Shown: positions 50,200 to 63,990 of the stretch, piece by piece
Numbering within the stretch: position 1 is the first letter of the stretch
Layout: each line of letters opens with the position of its first letter
Assembly: GCF_964194025.1 (NCBI RefSeq)
Contig: NC_134470.1
Location: 80,166,001 to 80,230,000 of the forward strand
Origin: Convolutriloba macropyga
Taxonomy: Eukaryota
DNA: 64,000 nt
Direction of reading: 5' to 3'
Notes under the pieces: model-generated
Told to the model about the DNA's origin: nothing
Databases searched by the model: none
Seen by the model: only the letters and a program-made list of their open reading frames with translations
Program-made: the position numbers and the translations under genes

Positions 50200-53100
50200 T
50201 CTTTAGCAAAAAAACGACATATTGTAAACTTGTATGATTAAACTTCATAATTGATGAGATTTAAATTGCAAAGACTCAAACGTTGTATCAATATTCAGAC
50301 TTGGTAGGTCTGTAACGTAAGAGCAATGTACGGCATATAAGAAGGCCAATTTTGTTATCGACAAGCAGTCCACTGACAGAACAAGGCTTTGCTCGTAGGT
50401 AACGGTTATTTGTGGACACGGACACACCCAAAACAAGTTAATAATGAAATGGGCAGGTTCCTTACTGAAATACTCTCCCGAGTTGAATGTCCTCCCTAAA
50501 ATCCTCCCATTTTGTTGTAATAGTGCGGGTGGGGGGTTAATTTGTCTATGGGGGTAAATTGATGTAAGGTTGCGGGGGTACTGTATTCAGAGAGGGTAAA
50601 TTGATGTATGAGTTGGGCTGCAATGGGAGGACTTCTGAGGAATTACCCCCCCCCCCTCCCCGACTGAAATTGCCATGTAAGAGTTGGCTGCAATGGGCCG
50701 CAATGGCAATGGGAGGACATTTGAGGAATTAACCGCCGGACTGTAATTGACCTGTAAGAGTGGGCTGCAAGGGGCTGCAATGCGATGACTTTTCAGGAAT
50801 TAACCCCTGACTTAAATTGCCCTCTAAGAGTGGGCTGCAATGTGTGAAACGTTAAAGAATGAGGGGGTAATTTGTTCAGAGGTGTAAAATGATGTAAAGA
50901 ATCTTTAGCAAAAAAACGACAGTTTGTAAACTTGTATGATTAAACATAAAAATTGATGTAATTTTTTAAATTGCATGGACTCAAACGTTGTACCATTGTT
51001 TAGACATGATAGGTCTTTACCAGGTCAAAGCAATGTACAGCATATAAGCAGGCCAATTTTGTTATCGACAAGCAGTCCACTGACAGAACAAGGATTTGCT
51101 CGTAGCTAACGGTTATTTGTGGACACGGAACATATCCAGAACAAGTTAATAATGAAATGGGCAGGTTCCTTACTGAAATACTCTACCGAGTTGAATGTCC
51201 TCCCTAAAATCCTCCCATTTTGTTGTTAGAGTGGGGGTTAATTTGTCTATTGGGGGTAAATTGATGTAGGAGTGTGGAGTTAATTTGTTCAGAGTGGGTA
51301 AAATGACGTAAGAGTTGGCCTGCAATGGGCGGACTTTTGAGGAATTACCCTTCTGACTAATGTTGTCCTGTAAAAGTGGACTGCAATGGACTGCAATGGG
51401 ATTACTTTAAAGGAATTACCCCCTTACTAAAATTGCCATGTAAGAGTGGGCTGTAATGGGCTGCAATGGGAGGATTTTTCAGGAATTATCCTCCTGACTA
51501 AAACTGTCATGTAAGAGTGCGCCGCAATGAGCTGCAGTATACGGCATAGAAGCAGGCTAATTTTGTTATCGACAAGCAGTCCACTGACAGAACAAGGATT
51601 TGCTCGTAGCTAACGGTTATTTGTGGACACGGAACACATCCAAAACAAGTTAATAATGAAATGGGCAGGTTTCTTACTGAAATACTCTACCGAGTTGAAT
51701 GTCCTCCCTAAAATCCTCCCATTTTGTTGTTAGAGTGGGGGTTAATTTGTCTATTGGGGGTAAATTGATGTAGGAGTGTTGGGGGTAATTTGTTCAGAGT
51801 GGGTAAATAGATGTAAGAGTTGGCCAGCAATGGGCGGACGTTTGAGGAATTACCCCCCTGACTGAAAGTACCATGAAAGAGATGGCTTCAATGGGCTGCA
51901 ATGGGATGACTTTTGAGGAATTATCCGCCTGACTAAATTGTCCTGTAAGAGTGGGCTGCAATGGGATGACTTTTCATGAATTACTCCCCTGACTTAAATT
52001 GCCATGTAAAAGTGGACTGCAATGGACTGCAATGGGACTACTTTAGAGGAATTACCCCCCCCCCCCCCTTACTAAAATTGCCATGTAAGAGTGGGCCGCA
52101 ATGGTTTGCAATGGGAGGATTTTTCAGGAATTATCCTCCTGACTGAAACTGTCATATAAGAGTGCGCTGCGACGGGCTGCAGTGTACGCCATAGTAGCAG
52201 GCCAATTTTGATATCGACAAGCAGTCCACTCACAGAACAAGGATTTGCTCGTAGCTAACGGTTATTTATGGACACGGAACACATCCAAAACAAGTTAATA
52301 ATGAAATGGACAGGTTCGTTACTGAAATGTTCTCCCGGGTTGAATTTCCTCCCTAAAATCCTCCCATTTCGTTGTAGTAGTGGGGGTTAATTTGTCTATT
52401 GGGGTTAAGATTGATGTAAGATTGCGTGGGTACTGTATTCAGAGAGGGTAAAATGATGTAAGAGTTGGGCTGCAATGGGCGGACTTTTGAGGAATTACCC
52501 CCCCCCCCCCGACTTAAATTGCCATGTAAGAGTTGGCTGCAATGGGCTGCAATGGGAGGACATTTGAGGAATTACCCGCCGGACTGTAATTGTCCTGTAA
52601 GAGTGGGCTGCAAGGGGCTGCAATGCGATGACTTTTCAGGAATTACCCACTGACTTAAATTGCCATCTAAGAGTGGGCTGCAATGGGTAAAACGTTTAAG
52701 AATGAGCAGGTAATTTGTTCAGAGGTGTAAAATGATGTAAAGAATCTTTAGCAAAAAAACGACAATTTTTAAACTTGTATGATTAAACAAAAATTGATGT
52801 AATTTTTTAAATTGCATGGACTCAAACGTTGTGTCAATGTTTAGACATGATAGGTCTTTACCAGGTCAGAGCAATGTACAGCATATAAGCAGGCCAGTTT
52901 TGTTATCGACAAGCAGTCCACTGACAGAACAAGGATTTGCTCGTAGCTAACGGTTATTTGTGGACACGGAACACATCCAAAACAAGTTAATAATGAAATG
53001 GGCAGGTTCCTTACTGAAATACTCTACCGAGTTTAATGTCCTCCCTAAAATCTTCCCATTTTGTTGTTAGAGTGGGGGGTTAATTTGTCTATTGGGGGTA

Positions 53101-56100
53101 AATTGGTGTAGGAGTGTGGGGTTAATTTGTTCAGAGTGGGTAAAATGATGTAAGAATTGGCCTGGAGTGGGCGGACTTTTGAGGAATTACCCGTCTGACT
53201 AATGTTGTCCTGTAAGAGTGGGCAGCAATGGGCTGCAATGGGATGACTTTTCAGGAATTTCTCCCCTGACTAAAACTGTCATGTAAGAGTGCGCTGCAAT
53301 GAGCTGCAGTGTACGGCATAGAAGCAGGCCAATTTTGTTATCGACAAGCAGTCCACTGACAGAACAAGGATTTGCTCGTAGCTAACGGCTATTTGTGGAC
53401 AAGGAACACATCCAAAACAAGTTAATATTGAAATGGGCAGGTTCCTTACTGAAATACTCTACCGAGTTGAATGTCCTCCCTAAAATGTTCCCATTTTGTT
53501 GTTAGAGTGGGGGTTAATTTGCTTATTGGGGGTAAATTGATGTAGGAGTGTTGGGGGTAATTTGTTCAGAGTGGGTAAATAGATGTAAGAGTTGGCCTGC
53601 AATGGGATGACTTTTGAGGAATTACCCGCCTGACTAAAGTTATCCTGTAAGAGTGGGCTGCAATGGGCTGCAATGGGATGACTTTTGAGGAATTACCCGC
53701 CTGACTAAAGTTGTCCTGTAAGAGTGGGCTGCAATGGGCTGCAGTGTGCGGCATAGAAGCAGGCCAATTTTGTTATCGACAAGCAGTCCACTGACAGAAC
53801 AAGGATTTGCTCGTAGCTAACGGTTATTTGTGGACACGGACCACATCCAAAACAAATTAATAATGAAATGGACAGATTCGTTACTGAAATACGGGTTGAA
53901 TTTCCTGCCTAAAATCCTCCCATTTCGTTGTAGCAGTGAGGGTTAATTTGTCTATTGGGGGTAAATTGATGTAGGAGTGTGGGGGTAGTTTGTTCAGAGT
54001 GGGTTAAATGATGTAAGAGTTGGCCTGCAATGGGCGGACTTTTGAGGAATTACCCCTTGACTGAAAGTGCCATGAAAGAGTGGGCTGCAATGGGCTGCAA
54101 TGGGATGACTTTTGAGGAATTACCCGCCTGACTAAAGTTGTCCTGTAAGAGTGGGCTGCAATGGGCTGCAGTGTACGGCATAGAAGCAGGCCAATTTTGT
54201 TATCGACAAGCAGTCCACTCACAGAACAAGGATTTGCTTGTAGCTAACGGTTATTTATGGACACGGAACACATCCAAAACAAGTTAATAATGAAATGGAC
54301 AGGTTCGTTACTGAAATGTTCTCCCGGGTTGAATTTCCTCCTTAAAATCCTCCCATTTCGTTGTAGTAGTGGGGGTTAATTTGTCTATTGGGGGTAAATT
54401 GATGTAGGAGTGTGGGGGTAATTTGTTCAGATTGGGTAAAATGATGTAAGAGTTGGCCTGCAATGGGCGGACTTTTGAGGAATTACCCCCCTGACTGAAA
54501 GTGCCATGAAAGAGTGGGCTGCAATGGGCTGCAATGGGATGACTTTCGAGGAATTACCCGCCTGACTAAAGTTGTCCTGTAAGAGTGGGCTGCAATGGGC
54601 TGCAGTGTACGGCTTAGAAGCAGGCCAATTTTGTTATCGACAAGCAGTCCACTGACAGAACAAGTATTTGCTCGTAGCTAACGGTTATTTGTGGACACGG
54701 AACACATCCAAAACAAGTTAATAATGAAATGGGCAGGTTCGTTACTGAAATACTCTACCGAGTGGAATGTCCTCCCTAAAATCCTCCCATTTTGTTGTTA
54801 GAGTGGGGGTTAATTTGCCTATTGGGGGTAAATTGATGTAGGAGTGTTGGGGGTAATTTGTTCAGAGTGGGTAAATAGATGTAAGAGTTGGCCGGCAATG
54901 GGCGGACTTTTGAGGAATTACCCCCCTGACTGAAAGTACCATGAAAGAGTGGGCTGCAATGGGCTGCAATGGGATGACTTTTGAGGAATTACCCGCCTGA
55001 CTAAAGTTGTCCTGTAAGAGTGGGCTGCAATGGGCTGCAATGGGATGACTTTTCATGAATTACTCCCCTGACTTAAATTGCCATGTAAAAGTGGACTGCA
55101 ATGGACTGCAATGGACTGCAATGGGATTACTTTAGAGGAATTACCCCCCTTACTAAAATTGCCATGTAAGAGTGGGCCGCAAGGGTTTGCAATGGGAGGA
55201 TTTTTCAGGAATTATTCTCCTGACTGAAATTGTCATATAAGAGTGCGCTGCGATGGGCTGCAGTGTACGGCATAGAAGCAGGCCAATTTTGTTATCGACA
55301 AGCAGTCCACTCACAGAACAAGGATTTGCTCGTAGCTAACGGTTATTTATGGACACTGAACACATCCAAAACAAGTTAATAATGAAATGGACAGGTTCGT
55401 TACTGAAATGTTCTCCCGGGTTGAATTTCCTCCCTAAAATCCTCCCATTTCGTTGTAGTAGTGGGGGTTAATTTGTCTATTGGGGGTATATTGATGTAGG
55501 AGTGTGGGGGTAATTTGTTCAGAGTGGGTAAAATGAGGTAAGAGTTGGCCTGCAATGGGCGGACTTTTGAGGAATTACCCCACTGACTGAAAGTGCCATG
55601 AAAGAGTGGGCTGCAATGGGCTGCAATGGGATGACTTTTGAGGAATTACCCGCCTGACTAAAGTTGTCCTGTAAGATTGGGCTGCAATGGGCTGCAGTGT
55701 ACGGCATAGAAGCAGGCCAATTTTGTTATCGACAAGCAGTCCACTGACAGAACAAGTATTTGCTCGTAGCTAACGGTTATTTGTGGACACGGAACACATC
55801 CAAAACAAGTTAATAATGAAATGGGCAGGTTCCTTACTGAAATACTCCACCGAGTTGAATGTCCTCCCTAAAATCCTCCCATTTTGTTGTTAGAGTGGGG
55901 GGTTAATTTGTCTATTGGGGGTAAACTGATATAGGAGAGTGGGGGTAATTTGTTCACAGTGGGTAAAATGATGTAAGAGTTGGCCTGCAATGGGCGGACT
56001 TTTGAGGATTTACCCCCTGACTGAAAGTGCCATGAAAGAGTGGGCTGCAATGGGCTGCAATGGGATGGCTTTTGAGGAATTACCCGCCTGACTAAAGTTG

Positions 56101-59072
56101 TCATGTAAGAGTGGGCTGCAATGGGCTGCAGTGTACGGCATAGAAGCAGGCCAATTTTGTTATCGACAAGCAGTCCACTCACAGAACAAGGATTTGCTTG
56201 TAGCTAACGGTTATTTATGGACACGGAACACATCCAAAACAAGTTAATAATGAAATGGACAGGTTCGTTACTGAAATGTTCTCCCGGGTTGAATTTCCTC
56301 CTTAAAATCCTCCCATTTCGTTGTAGTAGTGGGGGTTAATTTTTCTATTGGGGGTAAATTGATGTAGGAGTGTGGGGGTAATTTGTTCAGAGTGGGTAAA
56401 ATGATGTAAGAGTTGGCCTGCAATCGGCGGACTTTTGAGGAATTACCCCCCTGACTGAAAGTGCCATGAAAGAGTGGGCTGCAATGGGCTGCAATGGGAT
56501 GACTTTCGAGGAATTACCCGCCTGACTAAAGTTGTCCTGTAAGAGTGGGCTGCAATGGGCTGCAGTGTACGGCATAGAAGCAGGCCAATTTTGTTATCGA
56601 CAAGCAGTCCACTGACAGAACAAGGATTTGCTCGTAGCTAACGGTTATTTGTGGACACGGACCACATCCAAAACAAGTTAATAATGAAATGGGCAGGTTC
56701 CTTACTGAAATACTCTACCGAGTAGAATGTCCTCCCTAAAATCCTCCCATTTTGTTGTTAGAGTGGGGGGTTAATTTGTCTCTTGGGGGTAAATTGATAT
56801 AGGAGTGTGGGGGTAATTTGTTCCCAGTGGGTAAAATGATGTAAAATTTGGCCTGCAATGGGCGGACTGTTGAGGAATTACCCCCCTGACTGAAAGTGCC
56901 ATGAAAGAATGGGCTGCAATGGGCTGCAATGGGATGACTTTTGAGGAATTACCCGCCTGACTAAAGTTGTCCTGTAAGAGTGGGCTGCAATGGGCTGCAA
57001 TGGGATGACATTTCAGGAATTACTCCCCTGACTTAAATTGCCATGTAAAAGTTGACTGCAATGGACTGCAATGGGATTACTTTAAAGGAATTACCCCCTT
57101 ACTAAAATTGCCATGTAAGAGTGGGCTGCAATGGGCTGCAATGGGAGGATTTTTCTGGAATTATCCTCCTGACTAAAACTGTCATGTAAGAGTGCGCTGC
57201 GATGGACTGCAGTGTACGGCATAGAAGCAGGCCAATTTTGCTATCGACAAGCAGTCCACTCACAGAACAAGGATTTGCTCGTAGCTAACGGTTATTTGTG
57301 GATACGGAACACATCCAAAACAAAATAATAATGAAATGGACAGGTTCCTTACTGAAATACTCTACCGAGTTGAATGTCCTCCCTAAAATCCTCCCATTTT
57401 GTTGTTAGAGTGGGGGGTTAGTTTTTCTATTGGGGGTAAATTGATGTAGGAGTGTGGGGTTAATTTGTTCAGAGTGGGTATAAGGATGTAAGAGTTGGCC
57501 TGCAATGGGCGGACTTTTGAGGAATTACCCCCTGACTGAAAGTGCCATGAAAGAGTTGGCTAAAATGGGCTGCAATGGGATGACTTTTGAGGAATTACCC
57601 GCCTGATTAAAGTTGTCCTGTAAGAGTGGGCTGCAATGGGCTGCAATGGGATGACTTTTCAGGAATTACTCCCCTGACTTAAACTGCCATGTAAAAAAGG
57701 ACTGCAATGGACTGCAATGGGATTACTTTAGAGGAATTACCCCCCTTAATAAAATTGCCATGTAAGAGTGGGCTGCAATGGGCTGCAATGGGAGGATTTT
57801 TCAGGAATTATCCTCCTGACTAAAACTGTCATGTAAGAGTGCGATGCGATGAGCTGCAGTGTACGGCATAGAAGCAGGCCAATTTTGTTATCGACAAGCA
57901 GTCCACTGACAGAACAAGGATTGGCTCGTAGCTAACGGTTATTTGTGGACACGGAACACATCCGAAACAAGTTAATAATGAAATGGACAGGTTCCTTACT
58001 GAAATACTCTACCGAGTTGAATATCCTCCCTAAAATCCTCCCATTTTGTTGTTAGAGTGGGGGGTTAATTTGTCTATTGGGGATAAATTGATGTTAGAGT
58101 GTGGGGGTAATTTGTTCAGAGTGGGTAAAATGATGTAAGTGTTTGCCTGCAATGGGCGGATTTTTGAGGAATTACCCCCTGACTGAAAGTGCCATGAAAG
58201 AGTGGGCTGCAATGGGATGAATTTTGAGGAATTACCCGCCTGACTAAAGTTGTCCTGTAAGAGTGGGCTGCAATGGGATGACTTTTCAGGAATTACTCCC
58301 CTGACTTAAATTGCCATGTAAAAGTGGACTGCAATGGCCTGCAATGGGATTACTTTAGAGGAATTACCCCCGTACTAAAATTGCCATGTAAAAGTGGGCT
58401 GCAATGGGCTGCAATGGGAGGATTTTTCATGAATTATCCTCCTGACTAAAACTGTCATGTAAGAGTGCGCTGCGATAGGCTGCAGTGTACGGCATAGAAG
58501 CAGGCCAATTTTGTTATCAACAAGCAGTCCACTCACAGAACAAGGATTTGCTCGTAGCTAACGGTTATTTGTGGACGCGGAACACATCCAAAACAAGTTA
58601 ATGATGATATGGGCAGGTTCCTTACTGAAATACTCTACCGAGTTCAATGTCCTCCCTAAAATCTTACCAATTTGTTGTTAGAGTGGGGGGTTAATTTGTT
58701 CAGAGAGGGTAAAATGATGTAAGACTTGGCCTGCAATGAGCGGACTTTTGAGGAATTACCACCTTACTGAAAGTGCCATGAAAGAGTGGGCTGCAATGGG
58801 CTGCAATGAGATGACTTTTGAGGAATTACCCGTCTGACTAAAATTGTCTCGTAAGAGTGGGCTGCAATGGGCTGCAATGGGATGACTTTTGAGAAATTAC
58901 CCCTCTGACTAAAGTTGTCCTGTAAGAGTGGACTGCAATGGGCTGCAATGGGAGGACTTTAGAAGAAATACACCCCATACTAAAATTGCCATGTAAGAAT
59001 GGGCTGCAATGGGTAAAATGTGTAAGAGTGAGGGGGTAATTTGTTCAGAGGGGTTAAAATGGTGTAAGAGTG
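50200..59072. repeat. Hierarchical satellite: 16 units, each a ~190 bp core plus ~42 bp and ~65 bp subrepeats containing a 10-bp GGGCTGCAAT repeat
   Basis: caagcagtccact recurs 16 times (50362 to 58521) with periods of ~430-435, ~500 and ~625-710 bp. Confidence 0.97.
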
Positions 59073-59705
59073 AATGGATAGTTTGTCCTGCTAGAATATC
59101 AATCAAAATATAGTCTTAAACGTAGTGAGAATTAGAAAAAAAATTTAACTTACCAGATTAGAAAGACAAAAGGAAATTGATTTCGGTCAGAGATTTTATA
59201 TGAATGAATTGTCAAGAAATGGTGCTGAGAATCAATATTCGGTTCAAATTGGTGAATCAAGATAATTGATATTAGAGATTATTTGATGTAAAATCTTCCC
59301 AGCATATATTGAATGATTACGATACCACCGGAAATGTGAACGAATTCTTAGAAAAATGTAAATGCATACCATCTATGGTATCCCCTGCGACTGATTTCTG
59401 GGAAATTTGCAGAAGCAAACCATATTGGTTAACTCTTGCGACCCCCACTGTAATCCATGCTGCTAAGATTAGTTTTGTATCTTGTTTTTCGCGCACTGGT
59501 AATGAGTATATATACAGCTGATTTTTGAGCCTTTTTTCATCCCCAAAATCAAATCACCATTCTGATCTAATAGTCAGACCTCTCCTGTAACTCTCTAAAT
59601 TCTACTGTAAACTATCATTCTTGTTATTCTCTCATTTTGAGAAATTGATTTTCCTACTTAGCTTAAAACGCTTTTATTCCGCTTGCGAAAACCCATAACC
59701 CAAAA

Positions 59706-59719
59706 GGTTATGGGCCCAG
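59706..59719 (+). promoter_or_regulatory. Copia primer binding site GGTTATGGGCCCAG
   Basis: Matches the copia-type PBS complementary to an internal part of initiator tRNA-Met. Confidence 0.92.
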
Positions 59720-59837
59720 CAGTTTTCTAAGTCGTGAAACCTATTTCTAAATCAAAACTAGTTTGTTGTTGACAGTCATAATCGTTTTCTGCTTAGTACC
59801 TTTTCTTTTCACAACTGTTTTGCCTGCTCAAACAACG

Positions 59838-62800
59838 ATGGATCAACAGACAGTGAAGCTGCTGACCTACACAGGAAAGGCACATGACTTTCCAATCTGG
59901 AGCACAAGACTTGCGGTAATGATGCAGACGAAAGGACTCTACAAATCACTACCTGGGACAGAGGAGCAACCCAATGAGCCTGCACCACTAGCCAATGGGG
60001 CGAGCAATGGTGAACAGAAGAACAACAAGGTGCTGAAGGATGCATATGAGAAGGAAGTTGCAGACATCAAGGAGAAACGGAACAATGTGTGGTGCCATCT
60101 GGCACTGACTCTAGATGCAACAACCTTCATGCTGATAAGACATGACTGTGTGGGAGAGGACGGCATCGGAGATAGAGCAAAGGCTTGGAAGCTTTTGCAA
60201 GAGAGTTTTCAGAGTGTGGAGGCACCGACAGTGATGACTTTGGTGGCACAGCTTGCTCGACTGTTGCTCGAGGGTGCTGAGGATTTAGATAGCTTCTTCA
60301 TCAGAGGACAGGAGTTGATCACAAGGCTACAAGAAGAGGGGGAAGCGGTCTCGGAGACCCTCTTCAACAACTTGGTCCTCAATGGTCTGCCAATGAGGTA
60401 TGAAAGTTTTTTTTATACAGGGGCGCTTTAACCCGGCAACGAACTTCACAGAATTGAGGAAAAGGCTGTAGAACTTCCATGAGAGCACAGAACAGAGGCA
60501 CAAAGGGCAAAGTGATTCAGTGGCGCTGGCAGCGAAGCGTGAAGAAGGGACCCAAGAAAGGAAACTGCTTTGTGTGTGGGATCCCCTGACACTTTGCCAA
60601 GGACTGCAAGAGGTAGGAGACAGCACAATGCAGCAAGTGTGGTGAGAAAGGTCACCTAGACAGGGCATGCACGAGACAAAGAGATGGAGCGAAGCATGAG
60701 TCAGTGGCAATGGATGGTTCCAACATTGGGTTCACCAGACGAGGAATACTGGGCAGCTCTTAACCAGTTGAAGACAGCAGGCATGCTTGTGTTGTACAGA
60801 TCACATAGTGACGAACATCGATGCGTACCTGGACTTTGAGCCCATTCAATCAGTGGTCAGAAATCCCAACGGAGACAGTGGAGGAACTCGATGATGTATG
60901 CAATGTTAGCGCATTGGCCAAGATCACAAAGACTCTAGTACCAGGAGTGGCAGAGACCCAACTACAAGAGAACTGCTTTGTGTGTGGGATCCCCGGACAC
61001 TTTGCCAAGGACTGCAAGAGGTAGGAGACAGCACAATGCAGCAAGTGTGGTGAGAAAGGTCACCTAGACAGGGCATGCACGAGACAAAGAGATGGAGCGA
61101 AGCATGAGTCAGTGGCAATGGATGGTTCCAACATTGGGTTCACCAGACGAGGAATACTGGGCAGCTCTTAACCAGTTGAAGACAGCAGGCATGCTTGTGT
61201 TGTACAGATCACATAGTGACGAACATCGATGCGTACCTGGACTTTGAGCCCATTCAATCAGTGGTCAGAAATCCCAACGGAGACAGTGGAGGAACTCGAT
61301 GATGTATGCAATGTTAGCGCATTGGCCAAGATCACAAAGACTCTAGTACCAGGAGTGGCAGAGACCCAACTACAAGAGAAGCTGGAGAGGGTGTTCACAG
61401 ACGTGATGGGACCTTTCAGAGTAGAGTCACCGTCAGGATTCCGATTCTCCATTGTGTTTGCAGACCAGTACACGAATCTTGTGTTTGTGGATACCAAGTT
61501 TGTGTTTGGCAAAAAGTGAAGCCTTGGCCAGCCTGAAGAACTTTGTTCTCAGTGTGGGGACGCCCAAGAAGCTGAGACAAGACAATGCGAAGGAGTTTCT
61601 CTACTTTGCATTGTCAAGATGTACTGCTTAGATGCAGGCATTCTACAGGAGAAGACCATACCAGAGACGCCACAACAAAATGGGTTAGCTGAGAGGTGCA
61701 ACAGGACACTGCTGGAGATGGCAAGATGCTTGCCCATTAACTCGGGTCTTCTCAAGATGACGTGGGGAGCATTAATTCTCCATGCAACAAGGATCAGGAA
61801 TTTGGCTGTGAGACGAGGAGAAGAAAAGTTCCCAGCAGAGCTGATGCGAGGTTTTAAACCTAAGCTTTCAATTAGCAAACTATCTATTTTTGGTTGCAGC
61901 GTCTTCATGAGGAAGAGGGACAGAGATGTCAGCAAACTTGAAACCAAGGCATTAGAAGGAAAGTTTGTGGGTTACACTGAAGGAGACAACGGATACCTGG
62001 TGTCCGTGCCCAACACGCAAGGCTGTGGTAGTTCGAGATGTGATCATCAAGGAGTCAGAAGTGGGCTTAATCCCTGACAACTCAGAGACGCCCGACCTTC
62101 TAGATGAGGGGTTACATCAACTGGGGATCTGGCACCCCGATGATGGTCATCAAGACGATGACAGCAAAGAGGAGCAGGGCACATCTGCTGCAATATAGGA
62201 GGAGTGGCATGACGCATAGAGCGTGAACACTCAAGAAACGACACTGAGACGAGATGACTCAGATGTTGAGGAAGCAGCACTGGATGAAGAACCTACTGCA
62301 ACAAGAGGGAGTCTCAGAGACTCGGATTCACTGGAAAACAGTGAAACGGAGGACTTCTCACAGACAGTTGGCTTCTTTGAAGAGGCACTGGAGCAAGCGG
62401 ACAGGGCAGAGCCCAGACGAGGGACACGAGCAAGGAATGTTCCGCAATATTTTGGAGAAGTCAGGACCCATCATGCAGTGACTGAGGGTGACTATGTGGA
62501 ACCCAAAAACAGTCTACAAAGCCAAGCAAGGTGACGATTGGGACAAGTGGCACCGGTCACTGGAGGAAGAGGTCATGGCACTCCATGACAACGGGACTTG
62601 GAACGTAGTGATACCACCCACAGACAGGGACGTCATACCGACAAATGGGTCTACAAAGTGCAGTTGGGACCCAGTGGTCAAGTGAACAAATACAAAGCAC
62701 GCTATGTGGCAAAAGGCTTCAAACAGATGGAAGGACTGGACTACTTTGAGACTTTTTATCGCCTACATGTAAACCAGGCCCACCTGAGACGTTCAGGATT

Positions 62801-63990
62801 GTACTTCAACTATCAGCGAAGCAAGGCCATGTGATGCAATAGTTTGATGTCAAGACGGCTTTCCTGCACTCACCAATAGGGTAAGAAGTGTTTCTGGAAC
62901 AGCCACAGGAGTTTGTAAAACAAGGATCAGATGGGGAGACGTTAGTATGCCGACTGAATAGGTGAATTTATGGTTTGAAAAAGGTAGCTAACAACTGGTA
63001 TAAGGAACTGGCAAAAATTTTATTGGGACAGGGGTTTTACCAGAAGCAGGAATGACCATTGTTTGTTCACAAGAGAGAGACAGAGGGTCACACTTTTATC
63101 TTGGTCTGGGTTGATGACACCATAGTGGCATCAAGAAGCATGACATTGATCTCCGATTTCAAAAAGGCACTCGAAGCATCATTTCACATGGAAGACAGAG
63201 GGAGATTACACTGGTTTCTGGGTGTAAGATTCAGACGAGAAGAGGGCAAATTCACAGTCGACAAAGAACGCTACATAGAAACGATGCTTGAGCGGTTTCA
63301 AATGGATCAATGCAAACCCTAAAGAACACCAGCTGATTTGAATTTGAAACATCAGACAGCACAGAACGGAGACGAAGAAGTGGACCAGAGGATCTACAGA
63401 AGCTTGGTTGGACCACTTCTGTATCTGGTCGAACAGACGAGACCAGACATCATATTCACAGTCAACATTCTGTCCATTCTGACCATTCTCACCATTCTGT
63501 CGACACATGAATGCACCAATCAACACTGAATGTGCGGAAAAAGACTTCTGAGATATCTTCAAGGTTCAAAAGGTTACAACTTACTTACAAAAAAGAAGCT
63601 AGTTGTGATTGAGTGGGGAAAGTGATGCACACTGGTCTGGTGACGTGAACGACAGACAATCAACGACGGGCAACTACTTCATGCTCAATGGACCTCGCGC
63701 AGCACTCAGCTGGGGTGTCAAGAAGCAGGCCACAGTTGCTCTTTTTCATCAGAAGCAGAATATCAGGGCATGGCAGCAGCAGTTCAAGAAGCATTGTATC
63801 CGAAGCCACTTCTGGAGAATTTCGGCATCCAACAGAAACATCCAATAGCAATTGGAGAGGACAACCAGAGTTGCATTAAATTGTGCCAAAAGCCAGTCCT
63901 GCACAAAAAGAGCAAACACATTGAGACAAAATTTCACTTCAATCGGGACAAGACGGAAGATGGGACTATTTCAATTCATTACGTTCAGAA
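59838..63990 (+). pseudogene. Copia gag-pol with stops, frameshifts and deletions
   Basis: Starts MDQQTVKLLTYTGKAHDFPIW; protease DSG is missing; multiple in-frame stops. Confidence 0.92.
60563..61380 (+). repeat. 408-bp near-perfect tandem duplication inside the Copia element
   Basis: aactgctttgtgtgtggg at 60563 and 60971; ORFs 60821 and 61229 share an identical N-terminus. Confidence 0.97.

Noticed and set aside
50200-59072. CRISPR-like repeat/spacer array
   Set aside because: Intervening sequences are themselves repeats rather than unique spacers; no cas genes; eukaryotic context.
52465-59106. Repeated short ORFs (…PLQPIAAHS…)
   Set aside because: Chance translations of satellite modules with inconsistent frames.
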